Shown in pieces: positions 46,843-56,902 of a stretch of 64,000 nucleotides of DNA; position 1 is the first letter of the stretch, and each line of letters begins with the position of its first letter. The stretch lies in NCBI GenBank assembly GCA_963748015.1, contig CAVVHE010000004.1, positions 2,112,001-2,176,000 on the forward strand, read 5' to 3'. A program made the translations under genes and the position numbers. The DNA comes from Terriglobia bacterium. Lineage in GTDB: Bacteria > Acidobacteriota > Polarisedimenticolia > Polarisedimenticolales > JAIQFR01. The notes under the pieces were generated by a model, which saw only the letters and a list, made by a program, of their open reading frames with translations, was not told where the DNA came from and ran no database searches.

Positions 46843-49506
46843 ATGACGCTCGCAACTGGAACACGCCTCGGCCCCTACGAGATCCTCGGCCAGCTCGGCG
46901 CGGGTGGGATGGGCGAGGTCTGGCGCGCGAGGGATGCCGCGCTCGACCGCGAGATAGCGATCAAGATCCTCCCGGCGTCGGTCGCGGGACAACCCGAGCG
47001 GCTCGCGCGGTTCGATCGGGAGGCGAGGGTGCTCGCCTCCCTGAACCATCCGAACATCGCCGGCATCTACGGCTTCCACGAGAGCCCCCCCTCGACGGGC
47101 TCGGGGCAGGCGGTTCGGTTCCTCGCGATGGAGCTGGTGCCGGGCGAGGACCTGTCCGACCGGATCGCGCGCGGGGCGCTCCCCGTGGAGGAGGCGATCG
47201 AGATCGCGCGCCAGGTCGCCGAGGCGCTCGAGACGGCGCACGAGCAGGGGATCGTCCACCGCGACCTCAAGCCCGCGAACGTCCGCGTCACGCCGGGGGG
47301 CCAGGTCAAGGTTCTCGATTTCGGCCTGGCGAAGGCACTCGATCCCGGCGCCGCCATGGCCGGTGACGACATCGCGATGTCGCCGACGATCACCTCCCTC
47401 GGAACCGTCGCGGGTGTGCTCCTCGGCACCGCGGCCTACATGAGCCCCGAGCAGGCCCGGGGGAAGCCCGCCGACCGGCGCGCGGACATCTGGGCGTTCG
47501 GCGTCATCCTCTTCGAGATGCTCACGGGCTCGCGCCTCTTCGCCGGCGAGACCGTCTCCGACACGCTCGCGGCGATCCTCAAGACCGATCTCGACTTCGG
47601 CGCGCTCCCCCCGGTCACGCCGCCCGCGGTCCGAAACCTCGTCAGGCGCTGCCTCGAGCGGGACCCCCGCCAGCGACTCCGGGACATCGGGGAGGCGAGG
47701 GTGCTCCTCTCGGGAGGACTCGAGGCCGGGGCGCCGCCCGCGCGGCCCACCGCGCGCTCCCGCGCCTCGCTCGCGTGGGGTCTCTTCGCGATCGCGGCCG
47801 TCGCGGCGGCGGCGCTCGGCGCTGCCTTCTGGCTTCGCCCCGCCGCGCCGGCGCGCGGGGCCAAGCTCCACGTACGGAAGTTCACCATCGAGACGGCGGT
47901 CGTCCCCGCGGACAACACGCGATCCGTCGAGATCTCTCCCGATGGAACGCGCCTCGTGTTCGAGTCGGATCGCGGGATCGAGCTCCGCGACATGGGCGAG
48001 ACTTCCCCGCACCTGCTCGTCCCCGCCGCGGACCTCCCCGCCCGCCAGAAGAAGGCGACGCCGTTCTGGTCGCGCGACGGCGCGACGATCGGCTACGCGT
48101 CGGGCGGCAGCCTGTGGAAGATCCCCGCGACCGGAGGCTCGCCGACGGTCGTCTGCAAGCTGCCGGGCGATTGGAACGGCGGCGTCTGGCTTTCCGATGA
48201 CCGCATCGCCTTCGCGACGACGCGGGGACCGATGTATCGCGTGGCTGCCCGCGGCGGCGACCCGGAGATTCTGCTGCCCCTCGCGGAGAAGGGAGAGCTC
48301 GATTTCCACCAGCCGAGCGTTCTTCCCGACGGGGAGAGCCTCCTTTACACGGTTCACCGCAACGCCGGCGTGGACACGATCGAGATGCTCCGCGGCGGGA
48401 AGAGAACGGTCGTGCTTCGCGTCGATCCCGGTCGCGCCAACGTCCAGGACAGCCCGCACGTCGTCAACGTTCCGTACTACTCTCCCAGCGGCCACGTCCT
48501 TTACCAGCGGCACCTGGGCAATCCTGGGCTCTGGGCGGTGCCGTTCTCGGTCCAGAAGGGAGCGACGACGGGAGAGCCGTTCCTCGTCGCGGCGGGCATG
48601 GGTTTCCCCTCGGTCGCAGTCGACGGAACGGTCGTCTGCGCGGGGCTTCCCCGGGCGGGTGCCGGCCAGCTGATCCTGGTTGGGAGGGACGGTGCGATCG
48701 AGCGCGCGCTCGGCGAGCCGATGCCCGAGCTCGGATCGCCGAGCTTCTCTCCCGACGGCCGGCGGCTTCTGTTTGCCGCCGCCGAACAGCAGTCACGCGA
48801 TCTGTACCTGTGGGACATCGACGAGGGACGGAAGACCCGGCTGACCACGACGCCGGAGCCGGAGGACGATCCGGTCTGGATTCCCGGCGGCGACCGGATC
48901 GCGTTCAGCGCTCCCGCGGAAACCTGCCGCTCGGTGTTCGCCATGAACGCCGACGGAACCGGCGCGCGCGAGCTGCTCGCGAAGTCGGCCACGTCCGCGT
49001 GCTTCCATCCCGGCGGCAAGGAGTTCGTCTACGAGACGTTTTGCGAGGATCGGCGCGGCCTCAACCGAATGGTCGTCGGATCGGGCGCCCCGGTTCCCCT
49101 CGTGGACGCCCCGGCGGGAATCGACTCCCCGGCCCTCTCGCCGGACGGGCGGTACCTCGCGTATCGCAACTGGGAGGGAGGGAACCCGCAGATCTACGTC
49201 TCGCGCTATCCGAGCATGGACGGCCGCTGGTTCGTCGCGACGACGTATTCGCCGCCGCGCTGGGCCTCGGGAGGGTCGGAGATCCTCTGCGTCGATGGCC
49301 AGTCCGGGCGCATGATCTCGGTTCCCGTCCGGCTGGATCCCGTCTTCTCGACCGGGACGCCGCGCCCGCTGTTCGACGCCGCCGCGCTCGCCGAGCCGTC
49401 GGCGCGGTTCGACGTTTCTCCGGACGGCAAGCGATTCGTGCTCGTCCGGGAGAAAGAGGGAGATCACCCCGAGCGGCGCATCCTCGTCATCGAAAACGCG
49501 TTTTGA
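46843..49506 (+). CDS. Ser/Thr protein kinase with TM and TolB-like PD40 beta-propeller
   Basis: GTRLGPYEI..LGAGGMGEV, HRDLKPAN, DFGLAK and GTAAYMSPEQARG; TM followed by SPDG repeats. Confidence 0.95.
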   Translation: MTLATGTRLGPYEILGQLGAGGMGEVWRARDAALDREIAIKILPASVAGQPERLARFDREARVLASLNHPNIAGIYGFHESPPSTGSGQAVRFLAMELVPGEDLSDRIARGALPVEEAIEIARQVAEALETAHEQGIVHRDLKPANVRVTPGGQVKVLDFGLAKALDPGAAMAGDDIAMSPTITSLGTVAGVLLGTAAYMSPEQARGKPADRRADIWAFGVILFEMLTGSRLFAGETVSDTLAAILKTDLDFGALPPVTPPAVRNLVRRCLERDPRQRLRDIGEARVLLSGGLEAGAPPARPTARSRASLAWGLFAIAAVAAAALGAAFWLRPAAPARGAKLHVRKFTIETAVVPADNTRSVEISPDGTRLVFESDRGIELRDMGETSPHLLVPAADLPARQKKATPFWSRDGATIGYASGGSLWKIPATGGSPTVVCKLPGDWNGGVWLSDDRIAFATTRGPMYRVAARGGDPEILLPLAEKGELDFHQPSVLPDGESLLYTVHRNAGVDTIEMLRGGKRTVVLRVDPGRANVQDSPHVVNVPYYSPSGHVLYQRHLGNPGLWAVPFSVQKGATTGEPFLVAAGMGFPSVAVDGTVVCAGLPRAGAGQLILVGRDGAIERALGEPMPELGSPSFSPDGRRLLFAAAEQQSRDLYLWDIDEGRKTRLTTTPEPEDDPVWIPGGDRIAFSAPAETCRSVFAMNADGTGARELLAKSATSACFHPGGKEFVYETFCEDRRGLNRMVVGSGAPVPLVDAPAGIDSPALSPDGRYLAYRNWEGGNPQIYVSRYPSMDGRWFVATTYSPPRWASGGSEILCVDGQSGRMISVPVRLDPVFSTGTPRPLFDAAALAEPSARFDVSPDGKRFVLVREKEGDHPERRILVIENAF

Positions 49507-49521
49507 TCCCGCCCCCCGCGC

Positions 49522-50352
49522 CTAAGCGCGCACGGCCCGGTAGGTGACCGACCGGACCTTCCCCGCGAGATCGCCGATATTCAGTCCGGTCTCCCCCATC
49601 TTGCGCAGCAGGTCGTCGGGGAGCGCGTCCTCGCCGAGCGCGGCGATGTAGTCCACGTCCTTGAGGAGCTCCGCGGGGGCGAAGCCGGCCGCCTCGATCG
49701 CAGCGAAGTACGGCTCGCGGCGCATCGCGCCCGCGATGCAGCCGACGTACGCCTCGACGTCCTCGCGGACGACCGCCGGGAGATCGCCGTCGAGGATGAT
49801 GTCCGAGACGACCATCCTCCCTCCCCGGCGGAGCACGCGCGCCGCTTCGCGGAAGACCTCCGACTTGTCCGGAGCGAGGTTGATGACGCAGTTGCTCGTC
49901 ACGGCGTCGGCGCTGGCCGTCTCGACCGGGAGCGCCTCGAGCCGCCCCTCCCGGAACTCGACCCACGGCAGCCCCGCCTTGACGGCGTTCGCCCGGGCGC
50001 GCTCCAGCATCGCGGGGGTCATGTCGACGCCGATCACCTTCCCGCCCGGCCCGACCTCTCGCGCCGCGAGGAAGGCGTCGAAGCCGGCGCCGGACCCGAG
50101 GTCCACGACCGTTTCCCCCGCCCGCAGCCCGAGGAAGCCGACCGGCGCGCCGCACCCGAGGCCCAGGTTCGCGCCGTCGGGCGCGAGCGAGAGCGCCCCC
50201 TCGTCGTAGCCTATGCGCCTCGCGACGTCATCCGGCGTCGCGCCTTCCGCGGTCGTCCCGCAGGAGCAGCCGCAGTCGCCAAGCTCGGCGATTCGCGCGT
50301 ACCGCTCGCGGACCTTCACGACGATTTCTTCCTTGGCTTCCTTGTCTTCCAT
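49522..50352 (-). CDS. arsM: Arsenite S-adenosylmethionine methyltransferase
   Basis: VRERYARIA..CGCSC, NLGLGCGAP, VDLGSGAGFD, IGVDMTPAML, SNCVINLAPDK and VGCIAGA; start ATG 50352. Confidence 0.9.
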   Translation of the reverse strand: MEDKEAKEEIVVKVRERYARIAELGDCGCSCGTTAEGATPDDVARRIGYDEGALSLAPDGANLGLGCGAPVGFLGLRAGETVVDLGSGAGFDAFLAAREVGPGGKVIGVDMTPAMLERARANAVKAGLPWVEFREGRLEALPVETASADAVTSNCVINLAPDKSEVFREAARVLRRGGRMVVSDIILDGDLPAVVREDVEAYVGCIAGAMRREPYFAAIEAAGFAPAELLKDVDYIAALGEDALPDDLLRKMGETGLNIGDLAGKVRSVTYRAVRA

Positions 50353-50416
50353 GGCGTTTCCTTTCTCTCCGAAGGACCTGTGATCCCGCAGGCCACGCAC
50401 GGCTCGCGGCTCCGTT

Positions 50417-50680
50417 TCAGCCTCGAACCTCCCTTGGCGGCGGCGGTCGTCGAGCCACGAAGCCACTTCGGCCTCGCTCGGGAACTCGCCCCGAGCAGAC
50501 CACCTTCTCGTCGATCACGAGGCCGGGCGTGGCCAGGATCGCGTACTTCGCGATCTCCTTGAAGTCCGTAACCTTCTCCACCGTGGCCTCGACGCCCAGC
50601 GCCGAGACGGTCTTCGACGCGATCTTCTCGAGGTTCCGGCAGTTGGGACAACCTGGACCCAGGACCTTGATCTTCATCAT
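50417..50680 (-). CDS. Small redox-active disulfide protein (MTH895-like thioredoxin), apparently frameshifted near the C-terminus
   Basis: [13 protein letters not shown]...TPGLVIDEKVVCSGRVP; the expected tail SEAEVASWL appears in another frame after a C-run at about 50480. Confidence 0.8.
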   Translation of the reverse strand: MMKIKVLGPGCPNCRNLEKIASKTVSALGVEATVEKVTDFKEIAKYAILATPGLVIDEKVVCSGRVPERGRSGFVARRPPPPREVRG

Positions 50681-51105
50681 GTCCGCTCCTCTCCTTCGGG
50701 AACGCGCTCGCCGAGAAATGACGCGATGCGGCGGCGCAGCTCGTCGCGGATCTCCCGGAACGCCGCCAGTCGCCGCTCGTCCGAGCCAAGGACGGCCGCG
50801 GGGTCGGACAAGCCCCAGTGGATTCGCCTCGCGCTGCCGAGGTATACGGGGCAGACCTCCTCGGCGCACAACGTGATCACCGTGTCGACCTCGGAGGCGG
50901 GGACCTCGGCGACCGCCTTGGAGCGGTGGCTCGAGATGTCGACTCCGATCTCCCGCAGCACGGCGATTGCCTCGGGCCTGACGCGAGTCGGGCTCGACCC
51001 GGCGGACCAGATCCGAAGGCCCGCGGGCGCCATGGACCTCGCGATCCCCTCCGCCATCTGGCTCCGTGCCGAGTTCGCGACGCACAGGAACAGGATGCCC
51101 TTCAT
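50677..51105 (-). CDS. arsC: Arsenate reductase, thioredoxin-coupled (LMW-PTP fold)
   Basis: [27 protein letters not shown] and HWGLSDPA. Confidence 0.92.
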   Translation of the reverse strand: MKGILFLCVANSARSQMAEGIARSMAPAGLRIWSAGSSPTRVRPEAIAVLREIGVDISSHRSKAVAEVPASEVDTVITLCAEEVCPVYLGSARRIHWGLSDPAAVLGSDERRLAAFREIRDELRRRIASFLGERVPEGEERT

Positions 51106-52205
51106 ATCATCGCGCCTCCGGTGGCTATCGCCGGGTCCTTCGGGTAGTAGCGGCGCCCCAGCCGGAGCGCGACGTTGACGAGGCCGATCAGCACCGGCAC
51201 CTCGACGAGCGGCCCGATGACCGCGGCGAACGCCGCGCCGTGATCGATGCCGAACGTCGCGATCGCCACGGCGATCGCCAGCTCGAAGTTGTTCGAGGCG
51301 GCGGTGAAGCACAGGGTCGCCGTCTGGCCGTACGTCGCCCCGACCTTCCTGCTCATCAAGAACGAGACGAAGAACATGAGCACGAAGTAGACGAGCAGCG
51401 GGATCGCGATCCGCACCACGTCGAGCGGGAGCTGCACGATGTACTCGCCCTTGAGCGAGAACATCACCACGATGGTGAAGAGCAGCGCGACAAGGGTGAT
51501 CGGGCTGATCTTCGGGATGAACTTCTCGTGGTACCACTTCTTGTCCTTCACCCGGAGGAGCGTGAATCGCGTGATCACCCCGGCGAGGAACGGGATGCCG
51601 AGGTAGATGAAGACGCTCTTGGCGATCTCCCCGATCGTGACGTGGACCGCCACCCCCTCGAGGCCGAACCAGGTGGGGAGGACCGTGATGAAGAGGTAGG
51701 CGTAGACCGAATAGAAGAGGACCTGGAAGATCGAGTTGAACGCCACGAGCCCCGCGCAGTACTCGGTGTCGCCTCTGGCCAGGTCGTTCCAGACGATGAC
51801 CATCGCGATGCAGCGGGCCAGCCCGATCATGATCAGCCCCACCATGTACTCGGGCTTGTCGCGAAGGAACAGCACGGCCAGCGCGAACATCAGGATCGGG
51901 CCGACGATCCAGTTCTGGACGAGGGAGAGCGCGAGCACCTTGAGGTTCCGGAAGACCGGCCCCATCTCCTCGTACCGGACCTTGGCCAGCGGCGGGTACA
52001 TCATCAGGATGAGCCCGATGGCGATCGGGATCGAGGTGGTGCCGACGCTGAACCGGTTCAGGAAGGGCACGATCCCCGGAACCGCGTACCCCGCGCCGAC
52101 GCCGATCGCCATGGCGACGAAGATCCAGACGGTCAGATACCGGTCGAGGAACGAGAGACGGCGGGTCACGCCGCCGGCCGCCGAAGCTCGAGTCCCGTCG
52201 GTCAT
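51102..52205 (-). CDS. acr3: Arsenite efflux permease Acr3
   Basis: [47 protein letters not shown] and GPLVEVP. Confidence 0.95.
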   Translation of the reverse strand: MTDGTRASAAGGVTRRLSFLDRYLTVWIFVAMAIGVGAGYAVPGIVPFLNRFSVGTTSIPIAIGLILMMYPPLAKVRYEEMGPVFRNLKVLALSLVQNWIVGPILMFALAVLFLRDKPEYMVGLIMIGLARCIAMVIVWNDLARGDTEYCAGLVAFNSIFQVLFYSVYAYLFITVLPTWFGLEGVAVHVTIGEIAKSVFIYLGIPFLAGVITRFTLLRVKDKKWYHEKFIPKISPITLVALLFTIVVMFSLKGEYIVQLPLDVVRIAIPLLVYFVLMFFVSFLMSRKVGATYGQTATLCFTAASNNFELAIAVAIATFGIDHGAAFAAVIGPLVEVPVLIGLVNVALRLGRRYYPKDPAIATGGAMI

Positions 52206-52234
52206 CGAGTGCCTCCCCAGGAGCCGTCAGTGGC

Positions 52235-52927
52235 TCAGCTGCCGAATTCGAAGAACCGTCCGATCACGATATAGACGCCGGCCAGGATGAAGATCGCGCC
52301 GGTCGCCGGCTTCGCCCACCGCTCGATCCGCGCCAGCAGGTCGAATGTGCGGCCCACGAAGCCGATCCCGAGAGCGATCGCGATCGCGACGGCGAGAACG
52401 GGAAGCCCCGTTCCGATCCCGAACAGCGCGGGAAGCGCCACGGGCGACCGGGCGCTGACCGACAGCGGAATCAGGCTCCCGAAGAACAGCCCCGCGGATA
52501 CCGGGCAGAACGAGAGCGCGAACAGCATGCCGAGGAGACCCGCCCCGGCGGCGCCCCCGGAGGCGGCCCGCTTCTTCAGGGCCTCTCCGATCCCCACGGA
52601 CGGCATCGGAATCCGAATCCAGCCGAGGACGAGGACCCCGATGACGATGAGAAGGGGGCCCAGAATCCGGTTCGCCTGCTCCTGCAGGAACCACGACACG
52701 CCGGGGATCGTGAGCACGCTCGTCACGACCAGCATCGCGATCCCGACGTAGGCGAGCGACCGGCCCAGCGTGTAGGCGAGCCCCGAGAGGACGACTCGCC
52801 CCGAGTGGCCCACGTTGCGGCCGAGAAAGGAGACGGCCGCGATGTTCGTCGCGAGGGGGCAGGGGCTGATCGCGGTCAGGATCCCCAGCCACACCGCGGT
52901 CGCCCCGCCGGCGAGGCCCTCGGTCAC
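52235..52927 (-). CDS. ArsG-like/CcdA-DsbD family membrane protein
   Basis: LGILTAISPCPLATNIAA and FALSFCPVSA; multiple TMs; inside the ars operon. Confidence 0.82.
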   Translation of the reverse strand: MTEGLAGGATAVWLGILTAISPCPLATNIAAVSFLGRNVGHSGRVVLSGLAYTLGRSLAYVGIAMLVVTSVLTIPGVSWFLQEQANRILGPLLIVIGVLVLGWIRIPMPSVGIGEALKKRAASGGAAGAGLLGMLFALSFCPVSAGLFFGSLIPLSVSARSPVALPALFGIGTGLPVLAVAIAIALGIGFVGRTFDLLARIERWAKPATGAIFILAGVYIVIGRFFEFGS

Positions 52928-53415
52928 GAGCGGCCCTCGAGATACTGCCGCACCTCGTCCTGGACGTAGCGCACGAAGACCGGCTGATCGTTCAGCAGCT
53001 CCCAGATCCTCGCCAGGTTCTTCCAGCGGACCTGCCCGCCGTTGACCAGGTCGACGACCACCACGGACTTGGTCGCCAGCTTGTAGTCCTGGATGAAGTG
53101 GCCGTTCCCGGGCTCTTCAACGTTGACGACCTTGAAGATCATCCTGCCGTCCTCGATCTCCCGCGCGAAGGCCCCTCTGACGGCCTCGTCGGTGAACGAT
53201 TCGATCTTCTTGCAGGAGACGCACCGGGTGGTCGTGCGGAAGTAGTACACCCGCACGAGGTGGATCGCGGCGTCCGTGGCGCCGGCGCCTCCGGTCGACG
53301 GCGCGCCAGGCTTCGGGACGGCGGGTGCCGGCTCCTTGCCGGCCGCGAACACCGCACCCGACAGGACGAACGCGACCAGGACGACGGCGAGAGCGATTCT
53401 CCGGTTGAGGCTCAT
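52924..53415 (-). CDS. ArsF-like exported thioredoxin-fold protein
   Basis: Signal peptide; YYFRTTTRCVSCKKIE and WKNLARIW; start ATG 53415. Confidence 0.78.
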   Translation of the reverse strand: MSLNRRIALAVVLVAFVLSGAVFAAGKEPAPAVPKPGAPSTGGAGATDAAIHLVRVYYFRTTTRCVSCKKIESFTDEAVRGAFAREIEDGRMIFKVVNVEEPGNGHFIQDYKLATKSVVVVDLVNGGQVRWKNLARIWELLNDQPVFVRYVQDEVRQYLEGRS

Positions 53416-53429
53416 GGTGGCTCCCGATC

Positions 53430-54464
53430 TCAAACCAGCAGGTTGAAGAGATAGCCGACCACGATGATCCCCGCGGCCACGATCCCGACGAACGTCCCGA
53501 TCAGGGCCGGCTTCAGGACCTTTCGCAGGATGATGACCTCGGGCAAGGACAGCGCGATGACCGCCATCATGAAGGCGAGCACGGTGCCGAGGGACGCGCC
53601 CTTCTCGAGCAGGGCGTGGACCACCGGGATGATCCCCGCGGCGTTCGAGTACATCGGCACGCCGATGAGGACCGCCAGGGGAACGGACCACCACGCGCCC
53701 CTGCCCATGATCGCCGCCATGAAGTTCTCCGGAACGTACCCGTGGATACCGGCGCCGACGGCTATTCCGGCCAGCACGAACGGCCAGACCCTTCCCACGA
53801 TGTCCCGAACGGCCGCCAGGCCGGCGCGGATCCGGTCTTCCCATGCGACGGACTCGCCCGGGACGGCCCCCTGCCCCGCCTGCGTCTCGAACACCCAGGG
53901 CTCCACGTGGCGCTCCATTCGGAGCCGCCCGACGGTCCACCCGGATACGATGGCGATCGCGAGCCCGGTGACGAGGTAGAGCCCCGCCACCTTCCAGCCG
54001 AACATCGCGAAGAGGAGCGCTAAGGCCACCTCGTTGACCATGGGCGCCGAGACCAGGAACGAGAAGGTCACGCCCAGCGGGACGCCCGCGGCGACGAAGC
54101 CGATGAACAGCGGCACGGCGGAGCAGGAGCAGAACGGGGTGACGGTTCCCAGGAGAGCCGCGAGCACGTTGCCGACCGACTCTCTCTTTCCCGCCAGCAG
54201 GCTCCGCGTACGTTCGGGGGTGAAGTACGACCGGACGATCCCGACCCCGAAGACCACCAGGACCAGGAGCAGGAGGACCTTCGGCGCCTCGTACACGAAG
54301 AAGCCGACCGCGCTTCCGAGCGGCACCGAGGCGTCGAGGCGCAGGAGATCTCGCGTCGCCCAGCCGGCGATCGAGGGGAGGCTCCTGTACGCGACCAGCC
54401 ATGCGGCGAGCGCCACGGCCAGCGCCGCCCACAGCACCGCCGCACGTCGCGACGACTCACGCAT
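53430..54464 (-). CDS. arsP: ArsP (DUF318) permease
   Basis: VTPFCSCSAVPLF, SFLVSAPMVNE, GVPMYSNAAG and ALSLPE. Confidence 0.9.
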   Translation of the reverse strand: MRESSRRAAVLWAALAVALAAWLVAYRSLPSIAGWATRDLLRLDASVPLGSAVGFFVYEAPKVLLLLVLVVFGVGIVRSYFTPERTRSLLAGKRESVGNVLAALLGTVTPFCSCSAVPLFIGFVAAGVPLGVTFSFLVSAPMVNEVALALLFAMFGWKVAGLYLVTGLAIAIVSGWTVGRLRMERHVEPWVFETQAGQGAVPGESVAWEDRIRAGLAAVRDIVGRVWPFVLAGIAVGAGIHGYVPENFMAAIMGRGAWWSVPLAVLIGVPMYSNAAGIIPVVHALLEKGASLGTVLAFMMAVIALSLPEVIILRKVLKPALIGTFVGIVAAGIIVVGYLFNLLV

Positions 54465-54885
54465 CGAGACGCCTCGCGCGCCCCGCGGGCTTCGTACCGC
54501 GCGGCGCGGCCGCCGCGGCCCTCTCCGCCGGGATCAGCGCGCACAGCTTCGCGAGCGGCATCCTCGCGACCGCCCCGAGCCGCCGGCGGTCCTCCAGGAC
54601 CTTCGGGTCCCCCACGAGCGCTCCTCGCAGGAGCCGGAGAACCTCCCGCGCGTGAGGGTTGTGGCCGGTGCCGCCCAGGGAGTAGTGAATCCACCGGCCC
54701 TCCCGGCGATCGTCGACCAGTCCCGCGGCCTTGAGGAGAGAGAGGTGCTTCGAGACCGTGGACGGCGCCAACCGGAGCACGGCCTGGATCTGGCAGACGC
54801 ACAGTTCGCGGCCCTCGAGGAGCTTCAGGATCCGGGTCCGCGTGGGGTCCGCGGCGGCTTTCAGCGCGGCCTCGAAGAGGCGCAT
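54457..54885 (-). CDS. arsR: ArsR/SmtB family repressor
   Basis: KAAADPTRTRIL, ELCVCQI, STVSKHLSLLKAAGLV and RREGRWIHYSL. Confidence 0.92.
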   Translation of the reverse strand: MRLFEAALKAAADPTRTRILKLLEGRELCVCQIQAVLRLAPSTVSKHLSLLKAAGLVDDRREGRWIHYSLGGTGHNPHAREVLRLLRGALVGDPKVLEDRRRLGAVARMPLAKLCALIPAERAAAAAPRGTKPAGRARRLDA

Positions 54886-54896
54886 CGGACCCTCCC

Positions 54897-54944
54897 ATAT
54901 TTCGCTAGATGGCGAATTGTAGTAACGGGGTGTCCCCGTGTCAA
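54897..54944 (-). promoter_or_regulatory. ars operon sigma70 promoter with overlapping operator palindrome
   Basis: Minus strand TTGACA(54939-44)-17 bp-TACAAT(54916-21); inverted repeat TTCGC-N6-GCGAA at 54901-54916. Confidence 0.8.
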
Positions 54945-54998
54945 GAACGCAGCCCGGGGGGGGCGGAGACGACGATCGCGGCCGGGATTCGCGCGGGG

Positions 54999-55508
54999 TC
55001 ACGGCGCGGGCCGGCGCCGTTGCCCTCCCTTTGCCGCGAACAGCGCCACGAGGACTTGCCTGCGGTGACGGAAGATGGCCTCGACGTCACGTCTCACGAA
55101 CAACCGGTGGACGAGCGCGCCTCCCCGGACCCGATAGTCCACGCGATCGAGGACCAGCGTCCCCCCGTCCTGCTCGCGAAAGACGTGCCGATGGACCCAC
55201 GACCGGTAAGGGCCCTGGCGCTGCTCGTCGACGAACCCGCGCGGCGGGTCCCACTCCGTGATCTCGGTCCGCCAGCGGACCGGCACGCCGTGGATGCGGA
55301 TCCGGTAGTCGAGCGTCAGGCCTCTACGCATTTCGACCGGCAACGGGGTCTGGATCCGAAACCCGAGCCAGGAGGGGGTGATCGTGTCGAGGTTGGCCGC
55401 GTCGGCGAAGAACGGGAACACCTCCCCGACCGGCCCGGGCAGCCAGACGCTCGTTTCGAGCGTCCACGCGGAGCTGCCGGAACGCGAAATATCGAGATTG
55501 CCACTCAC
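54999..55508 (-). CDS. SRPBCC family protein (start uncertain)
   Basis: VFPFFADAANLDTITP, WRTEITEWDPP.GFVDEQRQGPYRSWVHRH and IFRHR. Confidence 0.85.
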   Translation of the reverse strand: MSGNLDISRSGSSAWTLETSVWLPGPVGEVFPFFADAANLDTITPSWLGFRIQTPLPVEMRRGLTLDYRIRIHGVPVRWRTEITEWDPPRGFVDEQRQGPYRSWVHRHVFREQDGGTLVLDRVDYRVRGGALVHRLFVRRDVEAIFRHRRQVLVALFAAKGGQRRRPAP

Positions 55509-55642
55509 GAGAACCCGGCCCCTCTCCGGCGCCTCGCAAACAGGGCGTTCCCGGCCCGCTCGTCGCGATGCTTCAATGTCCGTCACCCGCGGCACGAGGA
55601 TCCAACGAAGCCGGGATGGGCCCCGAAGCGGCCCGGGAGGTT

Positions 55643-56599
55643 TCAGCGGCCGGCGGCATCACGGTGCTGCAGCAGCGCGCGGAACGACCGGAGGTCCCTG
55701 CATCGCGTGGCGCCGATCTCCTCGAGGATCGCGTCGTAGCTCTCGGCCGCACCGCCCCCGACGTACACCCGCACCGAGCCGGGAAGGGCCCGGCGTAGCT
55801 TGCGCAGGTCCGTGGCCAGCTCGGGGTCCCCTGCGGGGTGCACGATGCTGAGGGCAACCGCCCTTGCGCCGCAGCGGGCCGCGGCGGCGGCGATGTCCTC
55901 GGACGGAGCGTCGGCCCCGAGGTAGGTCACCCTGAAGCCCTCGGCCGCCGCGATCGCGGCGGCCATGAGCGCCCCCATCTCGTGATGCTGCCTAGCCGGG
56001 GTGGCGACCACCAGATCGATGCCGGCGCCGGTGCCGGCCCGGGACTCCCGGAGCGATTCCAGGAGCGGACGGATCGTCGCTACGGCGAGGTGCTCCTGCC
56101 AGACCGCGAGCGACCCCGCCGCCCATCGCTCGCCGATCTCCTGGAGGAGAGGCGCTACGACCTGGTCGAGCAAGGCAATCGTTCCCAGATCCAGCGCGGC
56201 CGCGGACAGCGCGGCACGGAGGCGCGCCGGATCGGGGCGATCCAGCGCCTCCAGGCATTCACGCAGGTGGTCGCTCGCGGCGGTAGGGGGAGAAGGCTCG
56301 GCCGGAGCCTCGACCGCCACCGCGGCGGCCTCGTCGGCCTCGACGAGCAACGCCAGCTCGCCGGTCGGAAGCGGCGCTACCGCTCCGATTGAGCGCCCCA
56401 GAAGGGTCGCCCGGCGGAGCAGCGCGAGACGTTCCACCTCCTCGTCGGTGTAGAGGCGCCGGTTCGTCCCCGAGCGCAGCGGCCGGACCGCGCCGTAACG
56501 CCTTTCCCACATCCGGATCACGTCGAGCGTCAAGCCGGTTCGGCGGGCAACGACCTGAATCGGGTGTTTCCCCTGGCTCGAAACCTGTTCGGTGCTCAC
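55643..56599 (-). CDS. carH: B12-dependent photoreceptor/repressor CarH/LitR (MerR HTH + cobalamin-binding)
   Basis: VARRTGL..DVIRMWERRYG..P.RSGTNRRLY; W-x9-EH (WAAGSLAVWQEH); QHHEMG, YLGADAP, ALS and YVGG. Confidence 0.85.
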   Translation of the reverse strand: MSTEQVSSQGKHPIQVVARRTGLTLDVIRMWERRYGAVRPLRSGTNRRLYTDEEVERLALLRRATLLGRSIGAVAPLPTGELALLVEADEAAAVAVEAPAEPSPPTAASDHLRECLEALDRPDPARLRAALSAAALDLGTIALLDQVVAPLLQEIGERWAAGSLAVWQEHLAVATIRPLLESLRESRAGTGAGIDLVVATPARQHHEMGALMAAAIAAAEGFRVTYLGADAPSEDIAAAAARCGARAVALSIVHPAGDPELATDLRKLRRALPGSVRVYVGGGAAESYDAILEEIGATRCRDLRSFRALLQHRDAAGR

Positions 56600-56606
56600 G
56601 AAAGTC

Positions 56607-56646
56607 AATTTACAGGCTCGTCCAGCACTTGTCAATCTGAAGTTCA
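56607..56646 (-). promoter_or_regulatory. carH promoter (likely leaderless) overlapped by 11-bp-spaced CarH-type direct repeats
   Basis: TTGACA(56630-35)-17 bp-TAAATT(56607-12), 7 nt before GTG 56599; TGAACT/TTGACA/TGGACG spaced 11 bp apart. Confidence 0.7.
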
Positions 56647-56793
56647 GGACAGCCCGTGCGTCGAGAGTCCTCCTTCTCCCCACGCAGGCAGATGGGATTG
56701 GGGACTTCAGGAACTTGAAAAGGGCCGATAACGTGGCCTTTCTGCGGGTTGAAGGGCCGCTGTAACCTCTTGATCTTGGTCAATAAATTGTCC

Positions 56794-56833
56794 TAGACAT
56801 TTCCTTGACATTCATTCGTCGAGACCGTATGAT
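56794..56833 (+). promoter_or_regulatory. Fasciclin gene sigma70 promoter with CarH-type repeats over the -35
   Basis: TAGACA(56794) and TTGACA(56805) are 11 bp apart; TTGACA-17 bp-TATGAT(56828-33). Confidence 0.75.
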
Positions 56834-56902
56834 CTCCCCTGTCAGAAACAAAACCCGCCTCGGGAAGGTCGAGGCGCTACAGGGAAGATCTCAGGAGGCC
56901 TT

